Below, in pieces: positions 48,585-57,632 of a stretch of 64,000 bases of DNA. Under the pieces are notes generated by a model, which was not told the origin of the DNA, did not search any database, and saw only the letters and a list, made by a program, of their open reading frames with translations. Position 1 is the stretch's first letter; each line of letters begins with the position of its first letter. This DNA comes from Hydrurus foetidus (Eukaryota): positions 496,001 to 560,000 of the forward strand of contig UYFQ01000023.1 in the NCBI GenBank assembly GCA_900617105.1, written 5' to 3'. The position numbers and the translations under genes were made by a program.

Positions 48585-49529
48585 ATGAACCTGCACCAGT
48601 TCCGCTTTGTCCAAGAGGCCGTTCGCCGCAACCTGAACCTCACCGAAGCCGCCAAAGCGCTGCACACCTCGCAGCCCGGCGTGTCCAAAGCCATCATTGA
48701 GCTGGAAGAAGAGCTGGGTGTTGAGATTTTTTCGCGCCACGGCAAACGGCTCAAGCGTGTCACCGAACCCGGCCAACATGTGCTGCAAAGCATCGAGATC
48801 ATCATGCGTGAGCTGGGCAACTTGAAGCGCATTGGCGAGCAGTTCAGCGCCCAAGACAGCGGTACGCTGAGCATTGCCACCACGCACACACAAGCACGCT
48901 ATGTGCTGCCTGTACCTGTGGCCAAACTGCGCGAAGCCTATCCCAAGGTGAATGTCAGCCTGCACCAAGGCTCCCCCCGCGAGGTGGCGCGGATGCTGAT
49001 TGACGAGATCGCCGAAATCGGCATCGCCACCGAATCGCTCTCTGATTTCCCCGAACTCGTTACCCTGCCTTGTTACGAATGGCAGCATGTGCTGGTGATG
49101 CCACAAGGTCATCCGCTAGCCAAAAAGGAGCGCGTGACGTTGGAGGAGCTTTGCGCTGAGCCGATCATCACCTACCACCCGTCCTTCACAGGCCGAACCC
49201 GCATCGACACCGCCTTCGCCGCAAAGCAGCTGGTGCCCCGCATCGCGCTGGAAGCGATTGACTCGGACGTGATCAAAACCTATGTGCGCTTGGGGCTGGG
49301 CGTGGGCATCGTGGCTGAGATGGCGGTGCGCGAAGACGGAAGCAATGGTGATTTGGTGGTGCGCCCTGTGGGCCATTTGTTCGGCCAAAACATCGCCCGC
49401 GTCGCCTTCAAACGCAGCGCCTACCTGCGCAACTTTGTCTTCAAATTCGCCGAACTGCTGAGCGACCGGCTTGACCGCAAACTGATTGCCACGGCGCTGG
49501 CAGGCACCACCCACGACTACGGTTTATGA
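48585..49529 (+). CDS. cysB: CysB/Cbl-family LysR regulator
   Basis: MNLHQFRF..NLTEAAKALHTSQPGVSK, IATTHTQARY, DSDVIKTYV. Confidence 0.9.
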   Translation: MNLHQFRFVQEAVRRNLNLTEAAKALHTSQPGVSKAIIELEEELGVEIFSRHGKRLKRVTEPGQHVLQSIEIIMRELGNLKRIGEQFSAQDSGTLSIATTHTQARYVLPVPVAKLREAYPKVNVSLHQGSPREVARMLIDEIAEIGIATESLSDFPELVTLPCYEWQHVLVMPQGHPLAKKERVTLEELCAEPIITYHPSFTGRTRIDTAFAAKQLVPRIALEAIDSDVIKTYVRLGLGVGIVAEMAVREDGSNGDLVVRPVGHLFGQNIARVAFKRSAYLRNFVFKFAELLSDRLDRKLIATALAGTTHDYGL

Positions 49530-50755
49530 CAAGGATGGACACCATGAATACACCCCAACACGCTTCCCCCAGTACGTCTCCACGCACACCTCCACTTACG
49601 CCGCAACTCACGACCAAACTCCCCGCCGTCGGCACCACGATTTTCACCGTGATGTCCACGCTGGCGGCTGAGACCGGGGCGGTCAATCTGGGGCAAGGCT
49701 TCCCGGATTTCAACTGCGATCCGGCCCTGGTGAATGCCGTTACACAAGCCATGCAAGACGGTCTGAACCAGTACCCACCCATGCCCGGTGTCCCCGTGCT
49801 GCGCGAAGCCGTTGCTAGCAAAATAGAAGCAATGTATGGTCGCCAATACAGTGCCAACAGCGAAATCACCATCACAGCCGGGGCCACGCAAGCCATCATC
49901 ACCATCATCCTGGCCGTCGTACACCCTGGCGACGAGGTGATCGTGTTGGAACCGTGTTACGACAGCTACGTGCCCAACATCGAGCTGGCTGGCGGCAAGG
50001 TGGTGCGTGTGCCGCTCACCCCTGGCACCTTCCGCCCCGATTTCGACAAAATCAGCGCCGCCATCACGCCACGCACCCGCGCCATCCTCATCAACAGCCC
50101 GCACAACCCCAGCGCCACGGTATGGAGCGAGGCCGACATGCTGACCTTGCAAGCGCTGCTGGCCCCCACAGACATCCTGCTCATCAGCGACGAGGTGTAC
50201 GAGCACATGGTGTTTGACGGCGCACTGCACCACAGCGCGGCCCGCTTCCCTGGCTTGGCGGCACGCGCCTTCATCGTCAGCAGCTTTGGCAAGACCTACC
50301 ATGTGACGGGCTGGAAGGTGGGTTACGTGGCGGCACCGGCAACCTTGATGGCCGAGTTCCGTAAAGTCCACCAGTTCAATGTATTCACAGTGAACACGCC
50401 GGTGCAGCACGCGCTGGCGAGCTACATGGCCAACCCGCAGCCGCACCTCGAATTACCAGCGTTCTACCAGCGCAAACGCGATCTGTTCCGTGCAGGCTTG
50501 GCGAACACGGCCTTCAGACTGCTGCCCAGCACGGGCAGCTACTTTCAGTGTGTGGATATTTCAGCGCTCAAAGTGGCTGAGCGCGATCTGCCAGAAGCCG
50601 ATTTCTGCCAATGGCTGACCCGAGAAATCGGCGTGGCAGCGATCCCGTTGTCCGCGTTCTACGGCAACGGGTTTGACCAGCATGTGGTGCGGTTTTGCTT
50701 CGCCAAGAAGGATGAGACGCTACAGCTTGCCTTGTCACGGTTGGCCAAGCTGTAG
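49526..50755 (+). CDS. ybdL: PLP-dependent aminotransferase (methionine aminotransferase YbdL-like)
   Basis: TTIFTVMS, NLGQGFPDF, SDEVYEH, SSFGKTYHVTGWKVGY; start uncertain. Confidence 0.88.
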   Translation: MTRMDTMNTPQHASPSTSPRTPPLTPQLTTKLPAVGTTIFTVMSTLAAETGAVNLGQGFPDFNCDPALVNAVTQAMQDGLNQYPPMPGVPVLREAVASKIEAMYGRQYSANSEITITAGATQAIITIILAVVHPGDEVIVLEPCYDSYVPNIELAGGKVVRVPLTPGTFRPDFDKISAAITPRTRAILINSPHNPSATVWSEADMLTLQALLAPTDILLISDEVYEHMVFDGALHHSAARFPGLAARAFIVSSFGKTYHVTGWKVGYVAAPATLMAEFRKVHQFNVFTVNTPVQHALASYMANPQPHLELPAFYQRKRDLFRAGLANTAFRLLPSTGSYFQCVDISALKVAERDLPEADFCQWLTREIGVAAIPLSAFYGNGFDQHVVRFCFAKKDETLQLALSRLAKL

Positions 50756-50772
50756 CACGCGGACTGACGCAC

Positions 50773-51543
50773 TCACTGCGCCGTCCAACCACCGTCAGCC
50801 GCCCAGGCCACACCACGGATATTGTCCGCCGCGCTTGAGCACATGAACACGGCCAAGTCGCCGAGCTGCTCGGGGGTGGTGAATTGCAATGAGGGTTCTT
50901 TTTCGCCCAGCAGGTCAATGGTGGCTTGCGCGACGGTGATGTTTTCACGGGCCGAGCGGTCGTCAATTTGTTTTTGCACCAGCGGTGTCAGCACCCAGCC
51001 GGGGCAAATCGCGTTCACCGTCACACCGGTGGTCGCCGTCTCTAAAGCCACGGCTTTGGTCATGCCCACCACACCGTGCTTGGCTGCCACGTAGGCAGAT
51101 TTGTTGGCCGATGCCACCAAACCGTGCGCCGAAGCGATGCTGATAACGCGGCCCCAGTTCTTGGCACGCATGCCAGGGATCACCAAGCGCGTGGCGTGGA
51201 AGGCGGCGCTCAAGTTGATAGCGATGATGGCATCCCATTTTTCAATCGGGAACGACTCGATCGGTGCGACATGCTGGATACCCGCGTTGTTGACCAAAAT
51301 ATCCACACCACCAAACTCGGCGGTGGCGTAGTCAATCATCGCGGCGATCTCAGCCGGGCGGCTCATGTCTGCACCGCTGTAGCCGACCTTGACACCCAGC
51401 GCCTCAACTTCGGCCTTGGGGCCTTCGTGGTTACCGAAACCGTTCAAAATGATGCTCGCGCCTTGCTTGGCAAGTTGCAAGGCGATACCCAGTCCAATAC
51501 CGCTTGTGGAACCGGTGACGAGGGCAGTTTTTCCGTTAAGCAT
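50773..51543 (-). CDS. 3-hydroxybutyrate dehydrogenase
   Basis: TGSTSGIGLG, NNAGIQH, SAHGLVASANKSAYVAAKHG, CPGWVLTPLV. Confidence 0.93.
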   Translation of the reverse strand: MLNGKTALVTGSTSGIGLGIALQLAKQGASIILNGFGNHEGPKAEVEALGVKVGYSGADMSRPAEIAAMIDYATAEFGGVDILVNNAGIQHVAPIESFPIEKWDAIIAINLSAAFHATRLVIPGMRAKNWGRVISIASAHGLVASANKSAYVAAKHGVVGMTKAVALETATTGVTVNAICPGWVLTPLVQKQIDDRSARENITVAQATIDLLGEKEPSLQFTTPEQLGDLAVFMCSSAADNIRGVAWAADGGWTAQ

Positions 51544-51741
51544 GGGGAATTCCTGTGGTTAAAAAAGGATAACAAAGTGAAGTGACAAAAATGCGACAAC
51601 TATGGCACAGTGCAAACCAGCTGAAGTGCACCATGTTGTATGCACTTTTTAAACATTAATGAATTACGTGTTACTTTTGCATACATCATTAAATTTATGA
51701 CATTTCGCTGGTTTCTGTGCAGCAGTCAAAGAGAGTGTTTT

Positions 51742-52836
51742 ATGAATTTCATTGCCCTTGCAAAACGTCATTGCATCCAAAGACTGTCTGCTTGCGTATT
51801 ATTCGCATTGGCAACACATGGCGTGTGTAGAGCTGAAGAATATTTTGACCGGTACGGACTTTCGGCCAACTCAGCCTCAATGGACATGGGGGCGCAACCT
51901 TTGGGTTATCCATCTGGGGTCGTCAGCGCCGTCATGCAACGAGACAATGTCTTGAAAAAAATGTTACTGGCCAGCCATTACCCCCTTAAAACCCACTACT
52001 TTTTGAGAGGTGCAGACATCGTTCCCTTGCTTTCTGACCGTAAGCTAAAAGCAGGTCTGCTTGGGGACATGCCCACGCTCTTGGCCGCCTCAGCGGGAAC
52101 CGTCTGGGTAGTGGGAGTGGTCAAGCAAACTTCTACAGCTATCGTCGCAAAAAATACAGTCAAAATAGCCAATCTGGTTGGTAAACGGATAGGCTATGTG
52201 CCCACTTCCAGCGCCCACTTGACACTGCTGCAAGGATTGGCATCGGCCGGAATCAGCGAATCACAAATCACGCTCGTGCCTCTAATCGCAGGCAATATGC
52301 CCGATGCACTAGAGCATGGCGATATCGATGCCTTTGCCGCCTGGGAACCAGACCCCACCATTGCCTTAGGGAAAAGCAGCAGCAATCACATTGTATTTCG
52401 CGGGCTGACAACCGATTATTTCGTGATTGAAAAAAGCTTTGCCAAACAGTCTCCCCAGGCAGCGCGCCATGTAGTGGCAGGTTTTTGGCGAGCTATCGAA
52501 TGGATGCGAAGATCCCAGGAAAATGTAGAAAAAGCCGCTCAATGGGCTAGGCAGGACAGCAGCTCTTTTTCCAAATCCCCCCCCGCCTTGAGCGTTGCAC
52601 AAATTGCAGACATTACACGGCGTGAACTGCTGGACATTCCGTCTGCGCCTACGGTTTTGATCAACCCTACCAAACAACCACTCAAAATTGAATTTCAATT
52701 TTTAAACGCACTCAAAAAGGTGCCACTTGGTCATACTTGGGCCAACGTGGAGGAAGCCTTTACCTACGATGGATTGGCCAAAGTACTGGCCGAACCACGA
52801 ACCTATCAAATTCGCAATTTTGAATACGAGAACTAG
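51742..52836 (+). CDS. Orphan SsuA/NMT1-like periplasmic solute-binding protein
   Basis: Leader, LGDMP, LVGKRIG, GDIDAFAAWEP; no permease or ATPase adjacent. Confidence 0.75.
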   Translation: MNFIALAKRHCIQRLSACVLFALATHGVCRAEEYFDRYGLSANSASMDMGAQPLGYPSGVVSAVMQRDNVLKKMLLASHYPLKTHYFLRGADIVPLLSDRKLKAGLLGDMPTLLAASAGTVWVVGVVKQTSTAIVAKNTVKIANLVGKRIGYVPTSSAHLTLLQGLASAGISESQITLVPLIAGNMPDALEHGDIDAFAAWEPDPTIALGKSSSNHIVFRGLTTDYFVIEKSFAKQSPQAARHVVAGFWRAIEWMRRSQENVEKAAQWARQDSSSFSKSPPALSVAQIADITRRELLDIPSAPTVLINPTKQPLKIEFQFLNALKKVPLGHTWANVEEAFTYDGLAKVLAEPRTYQIRNFEYEN

Positions 52837-52841
52837 GTACA

Positions 52842-55800
52842 GTGTTATTCAATAACGTATCTTTAGCCCTGCGGCTTACTGGCTATTTTGGCGGCTTGCT
52901 TCTGGCCCCCATTGGAATTTTATTTTACCTTTGGTATTTTGGCTTATCGTCTTGGGGCTTTGTGGGCGCAAGTACTCAAAGCCTGCAAGAGGCCATGGCG
53001 ACCCTGGAAGTCAGAGCAGATAAAAATCAAACCTTTATCGACTACAACATCAAAGAGCGCCGTGGTGATGTTTTCATGATGTCCACCAGTAGTGTGTTGC
53101 CTAAACTGCTTAAAGGCAAAGGCCCTGCGCTACAAACTGAGATTGAACGTCTCTACGATGGACTTCAGCGGGCCTACCCAAACCAATATCGGCGTTTGGT
53201 CATCGTGGATCCCAAAAGCCAACGTATCCTGGCAAGCAACTTACGCCAGGAGCGGGGAAGTGCATTCGACGCACCTGTATTGATCCAGCAGGCAGCTCAG
53301 GTCGGCGCTACGGAAATTATTACCCCCTTGTCAAGCAAGCCCGGTTCTCCCGTCCTCGCAGTTACGCGCCAGTTGCACCTGCAAGATGCCCAGGGCGAAC
53401 CCTATGGAACCGTAGCCGGTATTTTGGTAGCTTACATAGACTTACAAGCCTTTGTGGGTTCTCACCTTTCGCAAGGCACTTCAACACACCTGAATAAGGT
53501 TCTTGAAACCTCTTTTTTACTGGATGCATCCGGCGATGTTTTGGCACGCTTCCCGCCCCTGGAGACACGTGATAACCTGCTTCAGATAAGTACGCAAACG
53601 GTTCAGGGCTTTGAAGGAACTTTGCAACAATCAAGCGCAGACGGGCAAAGATGGTTAGTGGTCTACCGGCACATTGCGTTGAGTGGCTCACAGGGCTGGC
53701 GACTGGTGCACTTCGCCAGCGAGGCTGATGCACAAGAAGGCCTTCAAACCCGGGTAAACACGCTGATCATCGCCGGACTGTTTCTCACGCTATTGGCTTT
53801 GCTGGCCGTTATCTTGGCGGCCCGTCGAATAGCCCAGCCCCTGAACCTGTTGACTCAGACCGCCATTCTCTTGGGTGCTGGAGACTTGACTGCCCGCGCG
53901 CAACTCAAAGCAGGCGATAGCCATGAAATATCCATTCTGTCTCGATCTTTCAACACCATGGCGCACAACATTCAGCAAGCTCAAAACTTGTTAGAGTTCC
54001 GTGTGCTGGAGAGAACCTTCGAGCTGCAACAATCGGAAAAACAGCTGCGCCTCAGCGAGCAAGACCTGGCCATCACGCTGCAGTCGATCGGTGACGCGGT
54101 CATTACCACCGATGCCGCAGGCTTCATCACCCGCATGAACACGACCGCAGAACGACTGACAGGCTGGCCCCTGGCCCACGCCTTGGGTAAGCCCCTGCCA
54201 GAGGTTTTTCAAATTGTGAACGCGCATACGCGCCTGGCAGCAGTGAACCCGGTACAACGGGTAATGGAGACTGGCAGTGTTATCGGCTTGGCCAACCACA
54301 CTGCACTGCTAGCACGTGACGGCCGTCAGTACCACATATCCGACAGCGCCGCACCGATTCGGGACCATGAAGAAACCATCACTGGTGTGGTACTGGTGTT
54401 CAGTGATGTCACGCAAGACTACCAAATCAGGGAAACCCTTGAACGCACAGCCATACTGCTGGAGCGCACTGGAGAGATAGCGCGCGTGGGAGGCTGGGAA
54501 CTGGATCTGGGCAATATGCAAATGTATTTTTCGCCCGTGTCCCAGCAAATCAGCGAGCTCAGCACTCAAGCTGAACTCACTCTAGAAAGCGCGGTTGCGA
54601 TGGTTGAGTCGCAGTCTCGCAATGCTGTAAACAACGCCGTACAAACGGCCATAGAGACGGGCATGCCCTGGGATCTTGAAGTACCGATGGTCACTGCCAA
54701 AGGGCGTCACATCTGGGTTCGCTTTCAAGGCTCTGCCGTGATGGACGGCACTAAGGCGGTCAAACTGCAAGGGGCTCTGCACGACATTACTGCACAAAAA
54801 ATACTCGAAAAAACTGAGCAGTTTCAACGTCATATTCTGGAATTGCTGGCCCGAGGGGAGTTGTTACCCAGCTTGCTTGAAGCACTGGTACGAGGGGTGG
54901 AGACGCTGCACCCTCACATGTTGTGCAGTATTTTGTTACTTCAAAGCAATGGGCAAAAACTGGGCAAGAGCGTGGCCCCCAGCTTACCGGATTTTTACAA
55001 TGCAGCGCTCGAAGACGTAGAAATTGGACCAGGCGTAGGCTCTTGTGGAACCGCTGCCTTTACTGGCAAACGCGTGGTGGTAGCCAACATCGCCACGCAC
55101 CCCTACTGGGAAAATTGCAAAGATCTGGCCGCCAGCGCCGGACTGGCGGCTTGTTGGTCGCAACCCATTCATGCATCTTCCGGCCAAGTGCTGGGCACCT
55201 TTGCCATCTACCATCGCGAACCACACACACCTGATGCTCATCACATTGAATTGATCGAGCAATCAGCACGCTTGGCCAGTATCGCAATTGAGCGCAGTCA
55301 AGCTGCCCGCCGCCTGGAAGAAAGCGAGGCCCACTACCGCTTGCTGACCGAGGACACCCTTGACGTGGTGTGGAAGCTAGATGCCAACGGCATCATCACG
55401 TACATCAGTCCATCCGACGAGCGCATGCGGGGTTACCACGCCAGTGAGGTGCTGGGGCAGCATATTCTTGATCTGCTCTCGGACAACTTTGCTGCAAAGT
55501 TCAAGGCCAGCATGTCGCATCTGGCCAAGCTCAATGAGCCTAGCGCGCAGCCTCAGGTGGACATATTCGAGGTACAACTGCGCTGCAAAGATGCAAGCCT
55601 GATCTGGGCCGAAATAGTCAGTAAAGTGGACCGAGATGCTAAGGGCGAGATTACCGGCATTCACGGCACGACCAGGGATGTCAGTCGCCGCAGGCGCGCT
55701 GACGCAGAGTTGCGCATAGCAGCTATTGCGTTCGAGTCGCAAGAAGGTATTTTTGTAACCGATGCACAGTGGCGCATCTTGCGAGTCAACCGCGCATTTT

Positions 55801-57632
55801 CGAACATTACCGGCTATACCTTTAACGAATCCGTGGGGCAATTACCAGCTAAATTGATGCGAACCGATAAACACGATGGCGCGTTCTACCAAAGCATTGA
55901 ACAGCAGATCATCCACAGCAGATCATGGCAAGGTGAAGTATGGATCAGCCGCAAAAACGCAGAAGCATTCCCCGCCTGGTTGATGGTTACCGCAGTAATG
56001 GGGCCCGATGGCGGGCTTACCCACTGCGTCGTCACAATCACCGACATCACCCAGCGTAAGGCCAATGAAGAGCAGATTCGAAACCTGGCCTTTTACGACC
56101 CACTCACCCAACTTCCCAACCGAAGACTCCTGATGGACCGGTTGAAAAAAGCCCTCGTCACGAGCGTGCGCAACCAACGCCACGGCGCGCTTTTATTCGT
56201 AGATTTAGACAACTTCAAAACACTCAACGATACCCTGGGTCACGATAAGGGTGACTTCTTGCTGCAACAAGTCGCTCAACGTCTGAGTACTTGCGTGCGC
56301 GATTCCGATACCGTCGCCCGACTGGGTGGCGACGAGTTTGTGGTTATGCTGGAAGATCTCAGCGAACAGCCTCTGGAGGCCATCACCCAGGCCGAATTGG
56401 TAGGCACCAAAATTCTCGCAGCACTGAATCAAAATTACCAGTTAGCCCAATACGAACACCACAGCACGCCCAGCATAGGAATCACCCTGTTAGGGACCAA
56501 GCCCGAAGACATTGACGAACCGCTGAAACGAGCTGATCTGGCCATGTACCAAGCCAAGGCAGCAGGTCGCAACACAATTCGCTGTTTTGACCCACAAATG
56601 CAAGCCGTGGTCAACGCTCGGGCCCGCATAGAGGCGGGGCTGCGCGAGGCCTTGACACATGAGCAGTTTGTACTGCACTACCAAGCGCAGGTGGATGCCA
56701 ATGGCCGTATCACTGGGGCGGAAGCTTTGGTACGCTGGTTGCATCCCGAACTCGGTATGGTGTCGCCGGCAGAATTTATACCCCTGGCTGAAGAGACCGG
56801 CTTGATTTTGCCCTTGGGGCATTTGATCATGCAGACGGCTTGCCTGCAGCTGGCGCACTGGGGCCGGCAAGCCAGCACTGCGCACTTGACCCTGTCTATC
56901 AATGTGAGTCCTTACCAATTTCACAAGGCTGATTTTGTGCAACAGGTCATGGCGGTTCTAGCGCATACAGGCGCCTGTCCCCAACACCTCAAGCTGGAGC
57001 TGACAGAGGGTCTTATGGTCTCCAACGTCGAAGACGTGATTGCCAAAATGACAGCACTGAAAGCCCATGGTGTCGGCTTCTCGCTGGATGATTTTGGCAT
57101 GGGCTACTCATCACTGTCATACCTGAAACGCATGCCATTGGATCAGCTGAAAATTGATCAGACTTTTGTCCGGGACATTCTCGTTGACCCCAATGATGCA
57201 GCCATTGCAAAGATGGTGATTGTGCTGGCCGAAAGCCTGGGACTTACCTGCATCGCCGAGGGCGTTGAGACACAAGAACAGTACGCATTTTTAGCGGCGC
57301 AGGGCTGTTCAGCTTACCAAGGCTATTGGTTCAGCCGACCCTTGGCTATTGAAGCTTTTGAAACATTGCTAACAACGCCAGCGTGGTGGGCTCGGTGTCG
57401 GGGGCATCCAGGATATTGGACGGCTGGGTTGCTTCAAAGTTCGGGTTCATGGGGCTCCCTGGTTCAATTGCCTATCTGTGCCCAGGCCTTGTCCAGCCGC
57501 TTCACGCTCACGGGCTGCGGCGTGCGCAGCTCTTGGGCAAAGAAGCTGACGCGCAGCTCTTCCAGCAGCCAGCGGAACTCGGCCATGCGGTCGTCCACCG
57601 CACCCTTGCGCTCGGCCACCAGGCGCCAGTAG
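52842..57632 (+). CDS. Membrane sensor diguanylate cyclase/phosphodiesterase (Cache-like, HAMP, PAS, GAF, GGDEF, EAL) with an aberrant C-terminal read-through
   Basis: 2 TM, HAMP, several PAS/PAC, GAF (GSCGTAA), YDPLTQLPNRR, RLGGDEF, EALVRW, DDFGMGYSS, EGVE; domain homology ends near 57370. Confidence 0.9.
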   Translation: MLFNNVSLALRLTGYFGGLLLAPIGILFYLWYFGLSSWGFVGASTQSLQEAMATLEVRADKNQTFIDYNIKERRGDVFMMSTSSVLPKLLKGKGPALQTEIERLYDGLQRAYPNQYRRLVIVDPKSQRILASNLRQERGSAFDAPVLIQQAAQVGATEIITPLSSKPGSPVLAVTRQLHLQDAQGEPYGTVAGILVAYIDLQAFVGSHLSQGTSTHLNKVLETSFLLDASGDVLARFPPLETRDNLLQISTQTVQGFEGTLQQSSADGQRWLVVYRHIALSGSQGWRLVHFASEADAQEGLQTRVNTLIIAGLFLTLLALLAVILAARRIAQPLNLLTQTAILLGAGDLTARAQLKAGDSHEISILSRSFNTMAHNIQQAQNLLEFRVLERTFELQQSEKQLRLSEQDLAITLQSIGDAVITTDAAGFITRMNTTAERLTGWPLAHALGKPLPEVFQIVNAHTRLAAVNPVQRVMETGSVIGLANHTALLARDGRQYHISDSAAPIRDHEETITGVVLVFSDVTQDYQIRETLERTAILLERTGEIARVGGWELDLGNMQMYFSPVSQQISELSTQAELTLESAVAMVESQSRNAVNNAVQTAIETGMPWDLEVPMVTAKGRHIWVRFQGSAVMDGTKAVKLQGALHDITAQKILEKTEQFQRHILELLARGELLPSLLEALVRGVETLHPHMLCSILLLQSNGQKLGKSVAPSLPDFYNAALEDVEIGPGVGSCGTAAFTGKRVVVANIATHPYWENCKDLAASAGLAACWSQPIHASSGQVLGTFAIYHREPHTPDAHHIELIEQSARLASIAIERSQAARRLEESEAHYRLLTEDTLDVVWKLDANGIITYISPSDERMRGYHASEVLGQHILDLLSDNFAAKFKASMSHLAKLNEPSAQPQVDIFEVQLRCKDASLIWAEIVSKVDRDAKGEITGIHGTTRDVSRRRRADAELRIAAIAFESQEGIFVTDAQWRILRVNRAFSNITGYTFNESVGQLPAKLMRTDKHDGAFYQSIEQQIIHSRSWQGEVWISRKNAEAFPAWLMVTAVMGPDGGLTHCVVTITDITQRKANEEQIRNLAFYDPLTQLPNRRLLMDRLKKALVTSVRNQRHGALLFVDLDNFKTLNDTLGHDKGDFLLQQVAQRLSTCVRDSDTVARLGGDEFVVMLEDLSEQPLEAITQAELVGTKILAALNQNYQLAQYEHHSTPSIGITLLGTKPEDIDEPLKRADLAMYQAKAAGRNTIRCFDPQMQAVVNARARIEAGLREALTHEQFVLHYQAQVDANGRITGAEALVRWLHPELGMVSPAEFIPLAEETGLILPLGHLIMQTACLQLAHWGRQASTAHLTLSINVSPYQFHKADFVQQVMAVLAHTGACPQHLKLELTEGLMVSNVEDVIAKMTALKAHGVGFSLDDFGMGYSSLSYLKRMPLDQLKIDQTFVRDILVDPNDAAIAKMVIVLAESLGLTCIAEGVETQEQYAFLAAQGCSAYQGYWFSRPLAIEAFETLLTTPAWWARCRGHPGYWTAGLLQSSGSWGSLVQLPICAQALSSRFTLTGCGVRSSWAKKLTRSSSSSQRNSAMRSSTAPLRSATRRQ

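Noticed and set aside
49814..49830. GCTAG-N7-GAAGC inside ybdL resembling the dispersed motif core
   Set aside because: Lacks the distal 9-mer; could be ordinary coding sequence
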